From: TPA_inf: Saccharomyces
Taxonomy: Eukaryota
Length of the DNA: 64,000 bases
Assembly (NCBI GenBank): GCA_000146045.2
Contig: BK006938.2
Location: 32,001 to 96,000 of the forward strand
Direction: 5' to 3'
Both the position numbers and the translations under genes were made by a program. The first letter of the stretch is position 1, and each line of letters starts with the position of its first letter. This document shows positions 45,967 through 56,247 of the stretch, in pieces. Under the pieces are notes generated by a model. The model saw only the letters and a list, made by a program, of their open reading frames with translations. It did no database searches and had not been told where the DNA came from.

Positions 45967-46425
45967 TTTAGCTGTAGACGTCTTCAATCTCTATCCTGTC
46001 CTCTACATTAGATTACTTTCTCATTTTCTCAGAAAACCTTTTAAGCTCATCGATTAAGAAGAAAAAAATCTTAGAAAATTTTCAGGAATGCCGGGTAAAC
46101 GTATGGGGAAAGGACTTGGTGAATCGAGTTAATGTGGAGTTCGTAATAATAGTACTCTCATACCAAGTTTTCCATCCATAATTGTTTTTGGTTGCCGTTA
46201 CTTTACACCATCACCTTTCGCCAATGTAATTGGTGGCTCTTTCCCTCTCCATCTTTTTTTATAATGTACTAAAATTAATACACGATAACAATTTTTTCGG
46301 GTTGTGTAAAAACTCTGAAAAATATAAAAAGTTGATGAAAGGACAGATTTAAGTATTTTGGAAGACAGCCGTAAATTCATTGGACTACAGAGCATAAAAT
46401 CCCGTGATACGATAAAACTCTAACG

Positions 46426-47058
46426 ATGTTCTCATATTCAGATTTCTGTTCTATCGGTACGGCCATGATCTTATCGGCCACAACGTTCCTAATGGGTGTT
46501 TTCTTCAGTAACATGCCATACGATTATCATCTTTTATTTAATCCTAACTCTACTCAAGAGCATTTCGATTTGGCACTGAGACATTACCAAATTTTACATG
46601 AGACTCCATTGCCGGTGATTGTTACTTTGTGCGTTGTTGCCGGTATTGGCTTAGTTGGTGGTACAATTAAGGTTTTCAAGCCAAACCCTGAACTGCAGAT
46701 GTTTGAGTATTGTTCATTGGGGTTGTACGTGTTGGCTATCTGTGTGTTTCTCACTAATGTGAAAACAGGTATCGACTGTTCTGTGAGCCATAATTGGGGA
46801 GAAGTTACGGAAAATCAGGGTTTGGCAGTTATTGCTTCCTCCAACATAATTTTATTAGTTATGTTTGCCGGTGTTATCATCCTACAAATTGGTTTGTGGT
46901 ACAGTAACTGGGATTTGCAAAAAAGATTAAAGGAGTTTTATGCTCAAGAAGAAAGAGAAGCTGCCAATGCCGGTAAAAAGACTGAGAAAGTTGACAATGC
47001 GAAAAAGAATGATAACAAATCTAAAGGTGCTCAAAAGAGGAAGAACGCCAAAAAATAG
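46426..47058 (+). CDS. SHR3: ER membrane packaging chaperone for amino-acid permeases (YDL212W)
   Basis: 210-aa ORF with ATG at 46426. Four TM helices and a Lys-rich C-terminus. Confidence 0.93.
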
Positions 47059-47293
47059 GCCATAATATTTTTAACATTTTCTCTTTTTGTCCCTCTTTTC
47101 CCGTCTGTGACGAAACAGACGATTATACGAATCTAGTTGTATAGTAAGATCAATATTTATTATATAAATACTGTTGAATAAATAAAACTCTATCTGCTTC
47201 GTGCATAAATTTACAAATAATTCCAAAGAAATAGCAACAAGTACCAGCCTTGTTTAGAAGTACGAAAATCTTGGAATCCACTTTTTTCTATTT

Positions 47294-48412
47294 TTAAATA
47301 ATTTCTCTCAAAAAGCTATTGGTTTGCTGAATATTTGGCCGAGTAATAGTAGACGCACTGGAACTTGTTTCTTCAATGGATGACTCCGCAGATTCATTGT
47401 ATGACGATACGTATGAAAATCTCCCGGATTCGTGATCCGCCATCCCATAATAAGGATGTGCTATATATATACCGTCTGAGGAACTAGCTCTGTGTAAATC
47501 TCTACCATTTTCAAAGGAATCTCGTTTGCCCTCGCCGTTGGTTGTTACTTTATAATTAAGGACATTTAGGAACGGATTTGACGGTGCTTCTGTTTCTGTT
47601 ACCTCATCACAACTTACCCTCTTGCCAATATCATGGCTAAAGCCCTTTTTGCTGTGATTTTTCACGTTTCGTCTGTTTCTAATAATTATGAATCCGATAA
47701 AAATTACTATTACAACTCCAATGACAACTCCAACCGTAGAACCGACAATAACTCCGGTCCTTCTATTATTGGCATCTGAGGTATCTTGAGTGTTTAGTGC
47801 ACCAGATAGATATTGATAAAGTTTAGCATCCCCGGTAATGGTATTGGATGGAATGGTGAAAGTTAACGGAGGATTTGATTCTTGAAGCACAGTTGTTTGG
47901 GGAAAGTGGGTGTTAAATGTTGTCGATCGCTCTGTAAATTTGTATTCTTGGTCATAGATGATATAAACTGAGTTCTCGCTGGTGAATACGGAGTATATTT
48001 CCGATGTAGAGGTTGAGGTAAATGTTGTAGATAATGGTGTTGTTAGTTTAGTCGTCGAAGGCTCTATGGTTGGCACCTGTGAAGTAGTGAAAGTCTTCAA
48101 TGTACTTAACAGTCCTCTATCGATAGTGATATTGCTTTGAACAGAGGAAGTGCAATTGCTAACCAGATATTGTGGACTTGAAGTGTTGTTGCGGAAGGAA
48201 GTCGTACCATATGCGGTTGATATGGGGACCTGAATCGAACTTTCTAAACCCTCAATGAGGTTCGTCGTAATTGAGGATACAACCTCAGTGGATAATGCAA
48301 AAATGTGGTCTGTAGCTGATGATAAGCTGGCGGTTTCTGACGTGTCAATTTCACTCAGACTTCTGGATTGAGGTGTGCTTATGTATTGCGAAGACGTTAC
48401 ATTTAGTAGCAT
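47294..48412 (-). CDS. Ser/Thr-rich single-pass (vacuolar) membrane protein (YDL211C)
   Basis: The track ORF extends to a TTG at 48427. The first ATG, at 48412, gives 372 aa. Long S/T-rich ectodomain, one TM helix (VIVGSTVGVVIGVVIVIFIGFIII) and a short cytosolic tail. Confidence 0.85.
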   Translation of the reverse strand: MLLNVTSSQYISTPQSRSLSEIDTSETASLSSATDHIFALSTEVVSSITTNLIEGLESSIQVPISTAYGTTSFRNNTSSPQYLVSNCTSSVQSNITIDRGLLSTLKTFTTSQVPTIEPSTTKLTTPLSTTFTSTSTSEIYSVFTSENSVYIIYDQEYKFTERSTTFNTHFPQTTVLQESNPPLTFTIPSNTITGDAKLYQYLSGALNTQDTSDANNRRTGVIVGSTVGVVIGVVIVIFIGFIIIRNRRNVKNHSKKGFSHDIGKRVSCDEVTETEAPSNPFLNVLNYKVTTNGEGKRDSFENGRDLHRASSSDGIYIAHPYYGMADHESGRFSYVSSYNESAESSIEETSSSASTITRPNIQQTNSFLREII

Positions 48413-51288
48413 GGCGAAGTATCGCAATAGAAAGAATTATCAAGATGCCTCGCGCCTTTTGAGGATGTAAAAATAAATCTTAACGTTCTATGAATTACTT
48501 TATTATCTCGAGCAGAACCATCTGAATTTTGTTTACGTTTAATCTATGAGAAATTTCTCTGACGCGAAATCTTTCACGTATTTTTAGAGCGCCCGCCCAA
48601 GGTAACATACAATACGGTTGATATCTCCTAGTTTGATGCGGTTAGTGAAATTAATATAATGAACTAATATACTCTTTTTTTTGTAAAATATGTACTTGAG
48701 CTGCTGCATTCTTCTTCCATCGTCCAGTGATATCGGTAAACCGGTAGCTTTTTCTTAACTTTGAACAAAGAAGAGATAACTACGGACCCTTCTCCACGTT
48801 TCGATCTTTGGCTTCACTTCCTCATAGCCTGTATTTGAATCTAGCAGGTGTAATATTGTGGAAGAATGAAAACAGTATTTTTAATGGATTACTAAGGCAT
48901 ATTTAATGCGTTGTCAAGGAGGATGCTTGCACTGCAAAAACGATACATAAGTTAGCATGGGAATTTCATTAATGAAAGAATAAATGCACCGAAACAAAAT
49001 CATGAATTAATTGTGGTTTCAGAATAATGAAAAATCCATTGGCTGTTCCTGTTCCTATGTGAATGGTTCATCTCTGCCATAATAATTACTATTTTGTTTA
49101 AAGAGTCTTTACTAGATATTGCCGTTCACCTTTTGCCTACGAGCTAGCGATAGAGATTTCTGTATGGTATCTGACTTGACATAATGTCCGACATCCCGTT
49201 GAAGATATCAAACAATACATGACAAAGGTCGGGCATTAATCTGCTCAAACATTAATTCTTTAAACCTATCTCGATCATATCTAAGAAAGAAAAAAAACTG
49301 GCTTTTCGGTTCCTAGTGTTAACTCCAGTACCTGGTGTTGAGAAAAATTTACTATGTGGCCCGGCTAAGTAGTGCAATATTCTGGTACCATACTTCTAGA
49401 AATTTTTGCGCGATAACCTAGTGTTTTCTGACGAAGATTTTGGTGTCATTTGTATCTTCGTCGGTACAAAATGGTAATCATAGTATGTTTCCATGTTTTT
49501 GGACAAAAAAAAGAAGAAGGTAGCCAAAGAGCTGAATTTGCTATTCTTTTGTGATTATTGTGCGCAAAATAGTGACATTTTCTTTCTCAAATTAGTTACA
49601 CCCCGGATCCTAACCTTTACTGGCCTGTTGACGTTATTTGTTACGGGCTCAGCCCATCTGAGTAAATTTGGCAATTGTGTTCAAGTCAACGCCTGGAATC
49701 ATTCCCAGCGTTTTATTATGGACTGGGACTCTTGCAACTGTTCTACTGGCACAGTGGATTTATAGTGAACTGGATTTTTCAAAAATGGCTTCACTTTGAG
49801 AAACACTATTTACTATGTTTGTTAACTTCTTAACAGTGTGTATTACTTTTTTGCCATATTGATATTAAAAAAGTCATTTCGACTGCTGACAGAGAATACA
49901 ACTAGTAACTGGAGAGATAGCTGGTGCAGTGAGTGATTCCACATAATGCCAGACTTCTACTCGTCAGCCAGTTCGATTGTTGAGGAAACATAGCAAAGCA
50001 GTTAAGCTGTTTTATTTGTTGGCGAAATCGAACTTGTGAAAGTTGTGGGCTATCCTCGCTTTGATTACATGAGTAGAACCCAAGGATTTATGGAAAATTT
50101 GACTGGCTTCAAGATTTTTAAGGCAGTTCTATGAGATCACACACTTAATCCGCTTCCAGAATTTATTTTCTTTTTTTGATGATTTATGCTCAAGGAATTT
50201 ACCTGTTCTCAAGAATATGTTTTTAATTCGAAGCTTTGCGTATATGATGTTTATCAATAACGTGTGCATCGTCGATATCTCTTCGCTAACAAAAAGCAAT
50301 TTAAGTACCAAACAAACAGTAGTAATAGAGTGGGTCTACTTTGTCGATTGCCGTAGCAGGACATTTAACGCAAACGCTTCGGTAATCTGGTGAAATGATT
50401 GGATTAGGTGTTTTGTAAATTTTTTTTTTTTTTAGAAGATATTAATGCTGCATAGGGGAGAGATAAACGTCGCGGGAATTTGTGGCGGTGGAGCCCAGGT
50501 ACGTATTAATTTTGAATGGCGCAAATCTACTAAGTACGGTATCATTTTGATGTCGGAATACGGATAGTCAGTCCATAACTGCACCACCAATATTTTTCTT
50601 GCCGTTCTCATTTCCTGCACAGTTTCTTTGATTATGTTTGCAGAAGAATTTCTTTATCGTTTAGTCTAAACAAAGAATTCGTTGTAAAGAATTTGAGAGC
50701 GGATCTTGCATTTTTTATTTATCATGCTTATGTTTTTTCTTTGATGTAAGAAGAAGCAAGTAAGATATGTGAATATCTTATCACTAATTCAAATAACTAA
50801 GAGAGCTCACAACGACAATTTGTGACAGCATGCGAAGCAAAGAGCAGTGATACCAGTATCTTTCATCCAGTAATAACATACGACTGATGTTATAGTTAAA
50901 TGTTACATTTTGAGAGACTTCAACCTCTCGAAACCAAGAGGTTGGTTTTAACTCTGGTGACTTCAAGAAGGGTGGGTACCTTTTACAAAGCTTGAGACGA
51001 AGCAATAGTCAGTCTCTGTATAACAAGGAGACCACCTCATTTTCCAGTAACTCTTGAGGCATGTCGGATGGTTTGCCTTGAATAAACCGCAGTCATTATA
51101 ATGAATGGCCTGTACTTTCAAAACAGTCTGGAAACAGAAATCCATTGCTGAGGTACCTTTTAGTAGCACTTTCGTTAGTGAAGGTTTAAGGTTAGTTCTT
51201 ATTTACTGCACAAGAGTTTACATTTAACCACTCTAATAGTAACTGTTAGAGTGGTTTAACTGTTAGGTGATCTGTTCATTCCATTTTT

Positions 51289-51499
51289 CGTGTTGTATCT
51301 CAAGATGAGATAGCTTAGCGTTGCTACATACATAAATCTAAACATATAAACACCTGTGTAACTCGTTAACGTCTGGGCTTCCATGCTTCTACCATTTAGA
51401 ATGATGTAGACCATTTATTCCAAGAGGATAAGCACCCTCTGTGATTCAAAATGATAATAAGTGTTGACGACAAGTTACTCTCGCAGAATTGTTGTCAAC
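51289..51499. mobile_element. Candidate solo-LTR remnant with a sigma (Ty3)-like terminus
   Basis: Begins tgttgtatctcaagatgagata, which is 21/22 identical to the sigma 5' terminus as I remember it. Ends ...ttgtcaaca, so it is bounded by TGTTG...CAACA inverted termini. Only ~211 bp long, and the interior diverges from sigma. Confidence 0.35.
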
Positions 51500-51547
51500 A
51501 GTCTTGTATTAGTTGTTATCCAACGCTCCCGTTTTCAAGTTCACTTA

Positions 51548-51618
51548 GCGCAAGTGGTTTAGTGGTAAAATCCAACGTTGCCATCGTTGGGCCCCCGGTT
51601 CGATTCCGGGCTTGCGCA
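51548..51618 (+). tRNA. tRNA-Gly (anticodon GCC)
   Basis: 71-nt sequence gcgcaagtggtttagtggtaaaatccaacgttgccatcgttgggcccccggttcgattccgggcttgcgca. It has an acceptor stem, a D-loop GGTTTAGTGG, the anticodon loop tt-GCC-at and a T-arm GGTTCGATTCC. Coordinates were cross-checked against the overlapping track ORF 51451..51684. Confidence 0.95.
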
Positions 51619-51831
51619 AGTTTAATTTTTTTTCTTTTTCCACATTGTTTTCCACTTTGCACTCATTTCCAGTGTTTATTGTGAATGACAATTTCTTCAA
51701 TCATTGAAATGATTGATTTTTTGGGATCTATTTTTCTCTTTAGTGGTTACTGATCAGGCAACTCTATATCATTGTTTAACCGCGGCTTGCGTATCTTATT
51801 TTCTTTTTCCTAGGCATCTTACTAAGGTACT

Positions 51832-51858
51832 CTTATCGCTAATCGCTTATCGCTTATC
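51832..51858 (+). promoter_or_regulatory. Cluster of GATAAG (UAS-NTR / Gln3-Gat1-Dal80) motifs in the UGA4 promoter
   Basis: cttatcgctaatcgcttatcgcttatcg gives three CTTATC (GATAAG on the other strand) within 27 bp. A fourth lies at 51793-51798. About 410-440 bp upstream of the UGA4 ATG. Confidence 0.8.
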
Positions 51859-51865
51859 GTGCGCC

Positions 51866-51884
51866 AAAAACCGCCGGCGGCAAT
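51866..51884 (+). promoter_or_regulatory. UAS-GABA (Uga3/Dal81 site) of UGA4
   Basis: aaaaaccgccggcggcaat has a palindromic CCGCCGGCGG core with everted CGG half-sites. It matches the 19-bp UAS-GABA described for UGA1/UGA4 and lies immediately 3' of the GATA cluster. Confidence 0.8.
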
Positions 51885-52269
51885 TTCGAGATGTTTTATG
51901 TCATGTTGGATTTTGCAATCTATTACCATGGAGGTGAGGGCCTTCGATGGTCCAATACCGGTGCACGTACCCATGTACGTTTATCGAATAAGGGGAGAAC
52001 CTACTAATTTTAAGTCGGATAACGCGGCTTGGCACAGTAATCAGTTCCTTCTTTGGGTTAGAATCTTGATGTGAGATTGTGCTCAGTGATAATGATAGCG
52101 AATACGGCTTACTCTTGAATAACAAATGCATATATATTAAGAAGTAGTTCAAACGTATTCTGTTGACTGGCATGGTCCTTTCCTTCTTGTTGTGATTATA
52201 TAAAACAGTATAAGCTGTTTACTTCAGTTGTGAAGTGTAACAAGGTCTTATAATTTATTATTACTAACA

Positions 52270-53985
52270 ATGAGTATGTCAAGCAAAAACGAGAATAAGA
52301 TATCAGTAGAACAAAGAATATCCACTGATATCGGTCAGGCTTACCAGTTACAAGGCCTTGGGTCTAACCTAAGGTCGATTCGCTCCAAGACTGGTGCCGG
52401 TGAAGTGAACTATATCGATGCTGCTAAATCTGTAAATGATAACCAACTGCTTGCAGAGATCGGTTATAAACAAGAATTAAAAAGACAATTTTCAACATTA
52501 CAAGTTTTCGGTATTGCGTTCTCCATTATGGGTCTATTGCCCTCCATTGCATCTGTGATGGGTGGTGGGCTCGGTGGTGGTCCAGCAACATTAGTGTGGG
52601 GTTGGTTCGTTGCTGCGTTTTTCATTTTACTGGTGGGTATTACCATGGCTGAACATGCAAGTTCCATTCCTACCGCTGGTGGTTTGTACTACTGGACGTA
52701 TTACTATGCTCCAGAAGGTTATAAAGAGATTATTTCTTTTATTATTGGTTGCTCAAACTCCCTAGCGTTGGCAGCCGGTGTGTGTTCCATTGATTACGGT
52801 TTGGCTGAGGAAATTGCTGCTGCTGTCACATTAACCAAAGATGGAAATTTTGAAGTAACGAGTGGGAAACTTTACGGTATATTTGCTGGAGCAGTGGTGG
52901 TTATGTGTATTTGTACATGTGTTGCTTCTGGGGCCATTGCTCGTCTGCAGACGCTAAGTATATTTGCCAATCTTTTCATTATTGTTTTATTGTTCATTGC
53001 GCTACCGATTGGTACCAAGCATAGAATGGGAGGTTTCAATGATGGTGACTTTATATTTGGGAAATATGAAAACTTAAGTGACTGGAATAATGGTTGGCAA
53101 TTTTGTCTTGCTGGTTTCATGCCTGCTGTCTGGACTATTGGTTCCTTTGATTCATGTGTCCATCAATCTGAAGAAGCCAAAGATGCCAAGAAATCAGTCC
53201 CCATTGGTATAATCTCATCTATTGCTGTTTGTTGGATTTTAGGTTGGTTGATTATTATTTGTTTAATGGCCTGTATCAACCCTGATATTGACAGCGTTTT
53301 GGACTCCAAGTACGGCTTTGCTTTGGCTCAAATAATTTATGATTCGTTAGGAAAAAAATGGGCCATTGCATTTATGTCATTGATCGCATTCTGTCAATTT
53401 CTAATGGGTGCTTCCATTACCACAGCTGTTTCTAGACAAGTTTGGGCATTTTCCCGTGATAACGGTTTGCCCCTATCAAAGTATATTAAAAGAGTGGATT
53501 CTAAATACTCGGTCCCTTTTTTCGCTATTTTGGCTGCCTGTGTAGGTTCCTTGATTTTAGGATTGTTATGTTTGATTGATGATGCCGCCACTGATGCATT
53601 ATTTAGTCTGGCTGTTGCAGGAAACAATTTGGCATGGAGTACCCCTACAGTTTTCCGTTTAACATCAGGTAGAGATTTATTTAGACCTGGTCCATTTTAT
53701 TTGGGTAAAATCTGGTCTCCAATTGTTGCTTGGACAGGTGTTGCTTTCCAATTGTTCATTATTATTTTGGTTATGTTCCCCTCTCAACAACATGGTATTA
53801 CTAAATCCACAATGAATTATGCATGCGTTATTGGTCCCGGTATCTGGATCCTTGCAGGTATCTACTACAAAGTTTACAAGAAGAAATACTACCACGGTCC
53901 AGCAACCAATTTGTCGGATGATGATTATACTGAAGCCGTTGGTGCTGATGTTATCGACACAATTATGTCCAAACAGGAACCATAA
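52270..53985 (+). CDS. UGA4: GABA / delta-aminolevulinate permease, APC superfamily (YDL210W)
   Basis: 571-aa ORF with ATG at 52270. About 12 TM helices. Recognised as Uga4. Confidence 0.95.
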   Translation: MSMSSKNENKISVEQRISTDIGQAYQLQGLGSNLRSIRSKTGAGEVNYIDAAKSVNDNQLLAEIGYKQELKRQFSTLQVFGIAFSIMGLLPSIASVMGGGLGGGPATLVWGWFVAAFFILLVGITMAEHASSIPTAGGLYYWTYYYAPEGYKEIISFIIGCSNSLALAAGVCSIDYGLAEEIAAAVTLTKDGNFEVTSGKLYGIFAGAVVVMCICTCVASGAIARLQTLSIFANLFIIVLLFIALPIGTKHRMGGFNDGDFIFGKYENLSDWNNGWQFCLAGFMPAVWTIGSFDSCVHQSEEAKDAKKSVPIGIISSIAVCWILGWLIIICLMACINPDIDSVLDSKYGFALAQIIYDSLGKKWAIAFMSLIAFCQFLMGASITTAVSRQVWAFSRDNGLPLSKYIKRVDSKYSVPFFAILAACVGSLILGLLCLIDDAATDALFSLAVAGNNLAWSTPTVFRLTSGRDLFRPGPFYLGKIWSPIVAWTGVAFQLFIIILVMFPSQQHGITKSTMNYACVIGPGIWILAGIYYKVYKKKYYHGPATNLSDDDYTEAVGADVIDTIMSKQEP

Positions 53986-54206
53986 ATGTTCAAACCTTTA
54001 TAAAGATTTTATATTCAGAGTTTATAAGGTCTAGCTTATATAGTCAGTATTTTTAATTTAATTATATTATAGTTTATCCTATCTCACCGTTTTAGCTTGT
54101 TTTCTGCGCCCAAACATAAAAATCAAGAAGCGCGGATAATTTATGATCAGCTCAGCGGGAATGTTAATGGCAGATACTTAGAATTTGGTGGAAACGATTT
54201 TCTTCT

Positions 54207-55226
54207 CTAATCCTCATCAGAGGAGAGGTAATCGAGCAAGGGACCACCAAGCTTACCAACAGATGGCTTTGATGAAATATTTTCTCTACTGATATTTTTT
54301 TTCACTTTCTTCAATTTTTCTATAAAATCATCACTCTCCATTCCATTATCTAATGGCAATAGTCTTTTCTTGACATTATCAACACTTGCTTCTGGAAATG
54401 TCCTGTCTAACCTTTCATTATTCTTATTATTAACCTCAGTGCCAGCACTATTGGTATTGTTATTGATTAGATGCACCATCATGTTTAAAGACTCTAACTT
54501 CAGTTCTTCTTGCAGTCTTTTCTGTGCAGCGGGGTCTGGATCTTCATTTGCCCATTTCACCAATAGTCCAGTACCCTCCCTTCTATCATCCCATTCTTTA
54601 TCGCTGGGTAGCAGCAATGTCTGATTGCTCATGGCTTCTTTGGCAAATTCTGCATTAGCTTGATATTTAAACTTCACAAATCCACAGTTTTTGCTCTCAA
54701 CGTATCGTATTCTATCAATATCACCCAATCGAGAAAATACAAATCGAATTCTGCTTTCTATCTGAGCTGGCTTCAAATGCTTGCTATTCAATGCTCCATC
54801 AATACCACCTACATACAATGTCTTGTTTTTCTTCCTAAATGAACCGATCCCGCCCATATCCTCTCTATAGTCAGCAAATTTTTCTCTACCAAAACAGTCC
54901 AATACCTCTGTCCTCAGGGCCAGTTTACCTATATCTTCTTCGTCTGGTATATGATGCAGATATTCACATTTAGGGCCAAGGCAACACATACCCTTTGCAA
55001 AAAATAGACAGAAGAACAACTGGCCATCATTATCGCCCCTAGTCTTCCCAGAATGAAGTTGCGGCTGCAAAGCAAATGGACTAACAAATCGTGTATTCCC
55101 CGCAAACCCTTGGGACCATTTATTATACCATATATTAAACGTCAATCCAGTCTGCGCCGGTATAGAGGAGGGCAGTTCTGACTCCTTCACTTGCACTTTC
55201 GCGGATTTATCCCTCCAAGATGTCAT
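54207..55226 (-). CDS. CWC2: NineTeen-complex splicing factor with CCCH zinc finger, Torus domain and RRM (YDL209C)
   Basis: The track ORF extends to a TTG at 55241. The first ATG, at 55226, gives 339 aa starting MTSWRDKSAKVQ. CCCH finger (FFCLFFAKGMCCLGPKCEYLH) then an RRM. Confidence 0.92.
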   Translation of the reverse strand: MTSWRDKSAKVQVKESELPSSIPAQTGLTFNIWYNKWSQGFAGNTRFVSPFALQPQLHSGKTRGDNDGQLFFCLFFAKGMCCLGPKCEYLHHIPDEEDIGKLALRTEVLDCFGREKFADYREDMGGIGSFRKKNKTLYVGGIDGALNSKHLKPAQIESRIRFVFSRLGDIDRIRYVESKNCGFVKFKYQANAEFAKEAMSNQTLLLPSDKEWDDRREGTGLLVKWANEDPDPAAQKRLQEELKLESLNMMVHLINNNTNSAGTEVNNKNNERLDRTFPEASVDNVKKRLLPLDNGMESDDFIEKLKKVKKNISRENISSKPSVGKLGGPLLDYLSSDED

Positions 55227-55511
55227 CCAAATTTCTATCAATGCGTATACTGTCTTACTAACGTCGTTACTACCTTAAGGCCCATCGCCAGTAGTCTTTA
55301 TTATGATCCAGCCTTCAATACATAATGGAAAATTTCATCATTACCCGCATATGTACGTATGTAACGATGGAATGCTCAAAAACTGAAAAAAATTTTTCTG
55401 AAAAAAAGTGATGAGGAATAAAGAAAAGTAAAAAACGAATGCATGATATAGTAGTAGTAAATGGTCAATGGATCATTGGGTAGCAGAGAAACGGAAACAA
55501 GTGCAGTAAAA

Positions 55512-55982
55512 ATGGGTAAAGACAACAAGGAACATAAGGAAAGCAAAGAAAGCAAAACCGTAGACAACTATGAGGCCAGAATGCCTGCTGTGTTGCCATT
55601 CGCTAAACCATTGGCCTCTAAGAAACTAAACAAGAAGGTCTTGAAGACCGTGAAGAAGGCTTCCAAGGCCAAGAATGTTAAAAGAGGTGTCAAGGAAGTT
55701 GTCAAGGCCTTAAGAAAGGGTGAAAAAGGTTTAGTCGTCATCGCCGGTGACATTTCTCCAGCTGATGTTATTTCCCACATCCCAGTCTTATGTGAAGATC
55801 ACTCTGTCCCATACATCTTCATACCTTCAAAGCAAGACTTAGGTGCCGCTGGCGCTACAAAAAGACCTACCTCAGTTGTCTTTATCGTCCCAGGTAGCAA
55901 TAAGAAAAAAGATGGAAAAAATAAAGAAGAAGAATACAAGGAATCTTTCAACGAAGTTGTCAAAGAAGTTCAAGCTTTATGA
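55512..55982 (+). CDS. NHP2: H/ACA snoRNP protein, L7Ae family (YDL208W)
   Basis: 156 aa from the ATG at 55512, starting MGKDNKEHKESKESK. L7Ae fold (KRGVKEVVKALRKGEKGLVVIAGDISP). An in-frame upstream ATG at 55461 would add 17 aa, but the annotated product as I recall it is 156 aa. Confidence 0.9.
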   Translation: MGKDNKEHKESKESKTVDNYEARMPAVLPFAKPLASKKLNKKVLKTVKKASKAKNVKRGVKEVVKALRKGEKGLVVIAGDISPADVISHIPVLCEDHSVPYIFIPSKQDLGAAGATKRPTSVVFIVPGSNKKKDGKNKEEEYKESFNEVVKEVQAL

Positions 55983-56247
55983 AAAAAGTTCGCTTCTTAA
56001 CCATATTAGAAATCTAGAAGAAATAAAAAAAATCTGGCATTAGATATATATTTTGACTGTAGGCCTTCTGTATATTATATAATACTACTAATAACATCAA
56101 ATGTTTGTGACTTTTCGGGTAACCGGGCTTCGTTCTACTGTTCCACTTTTTGTATGTTTAATGAAAATATCATCAAAGAAATAGGTATATAATTGATAAC
56201 AAGAGAATCGCGGGCCGTTGCTACAGGATATTCTGCAGAGTCGAAGA

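Noticed and set aside
49493-49765. 90-aa ORF in the 3.8-kb gene-poor interval upstream of the tRNA-Gly
   Set aside because: It starts MFLDKKKKK in a poly-A tract and has no recognisable motifs. There is a neighbouring stop-rich context in the other frames. It is probably spurious, and the interval is better explained as tRNA/Ty-associated non-coding DNA.
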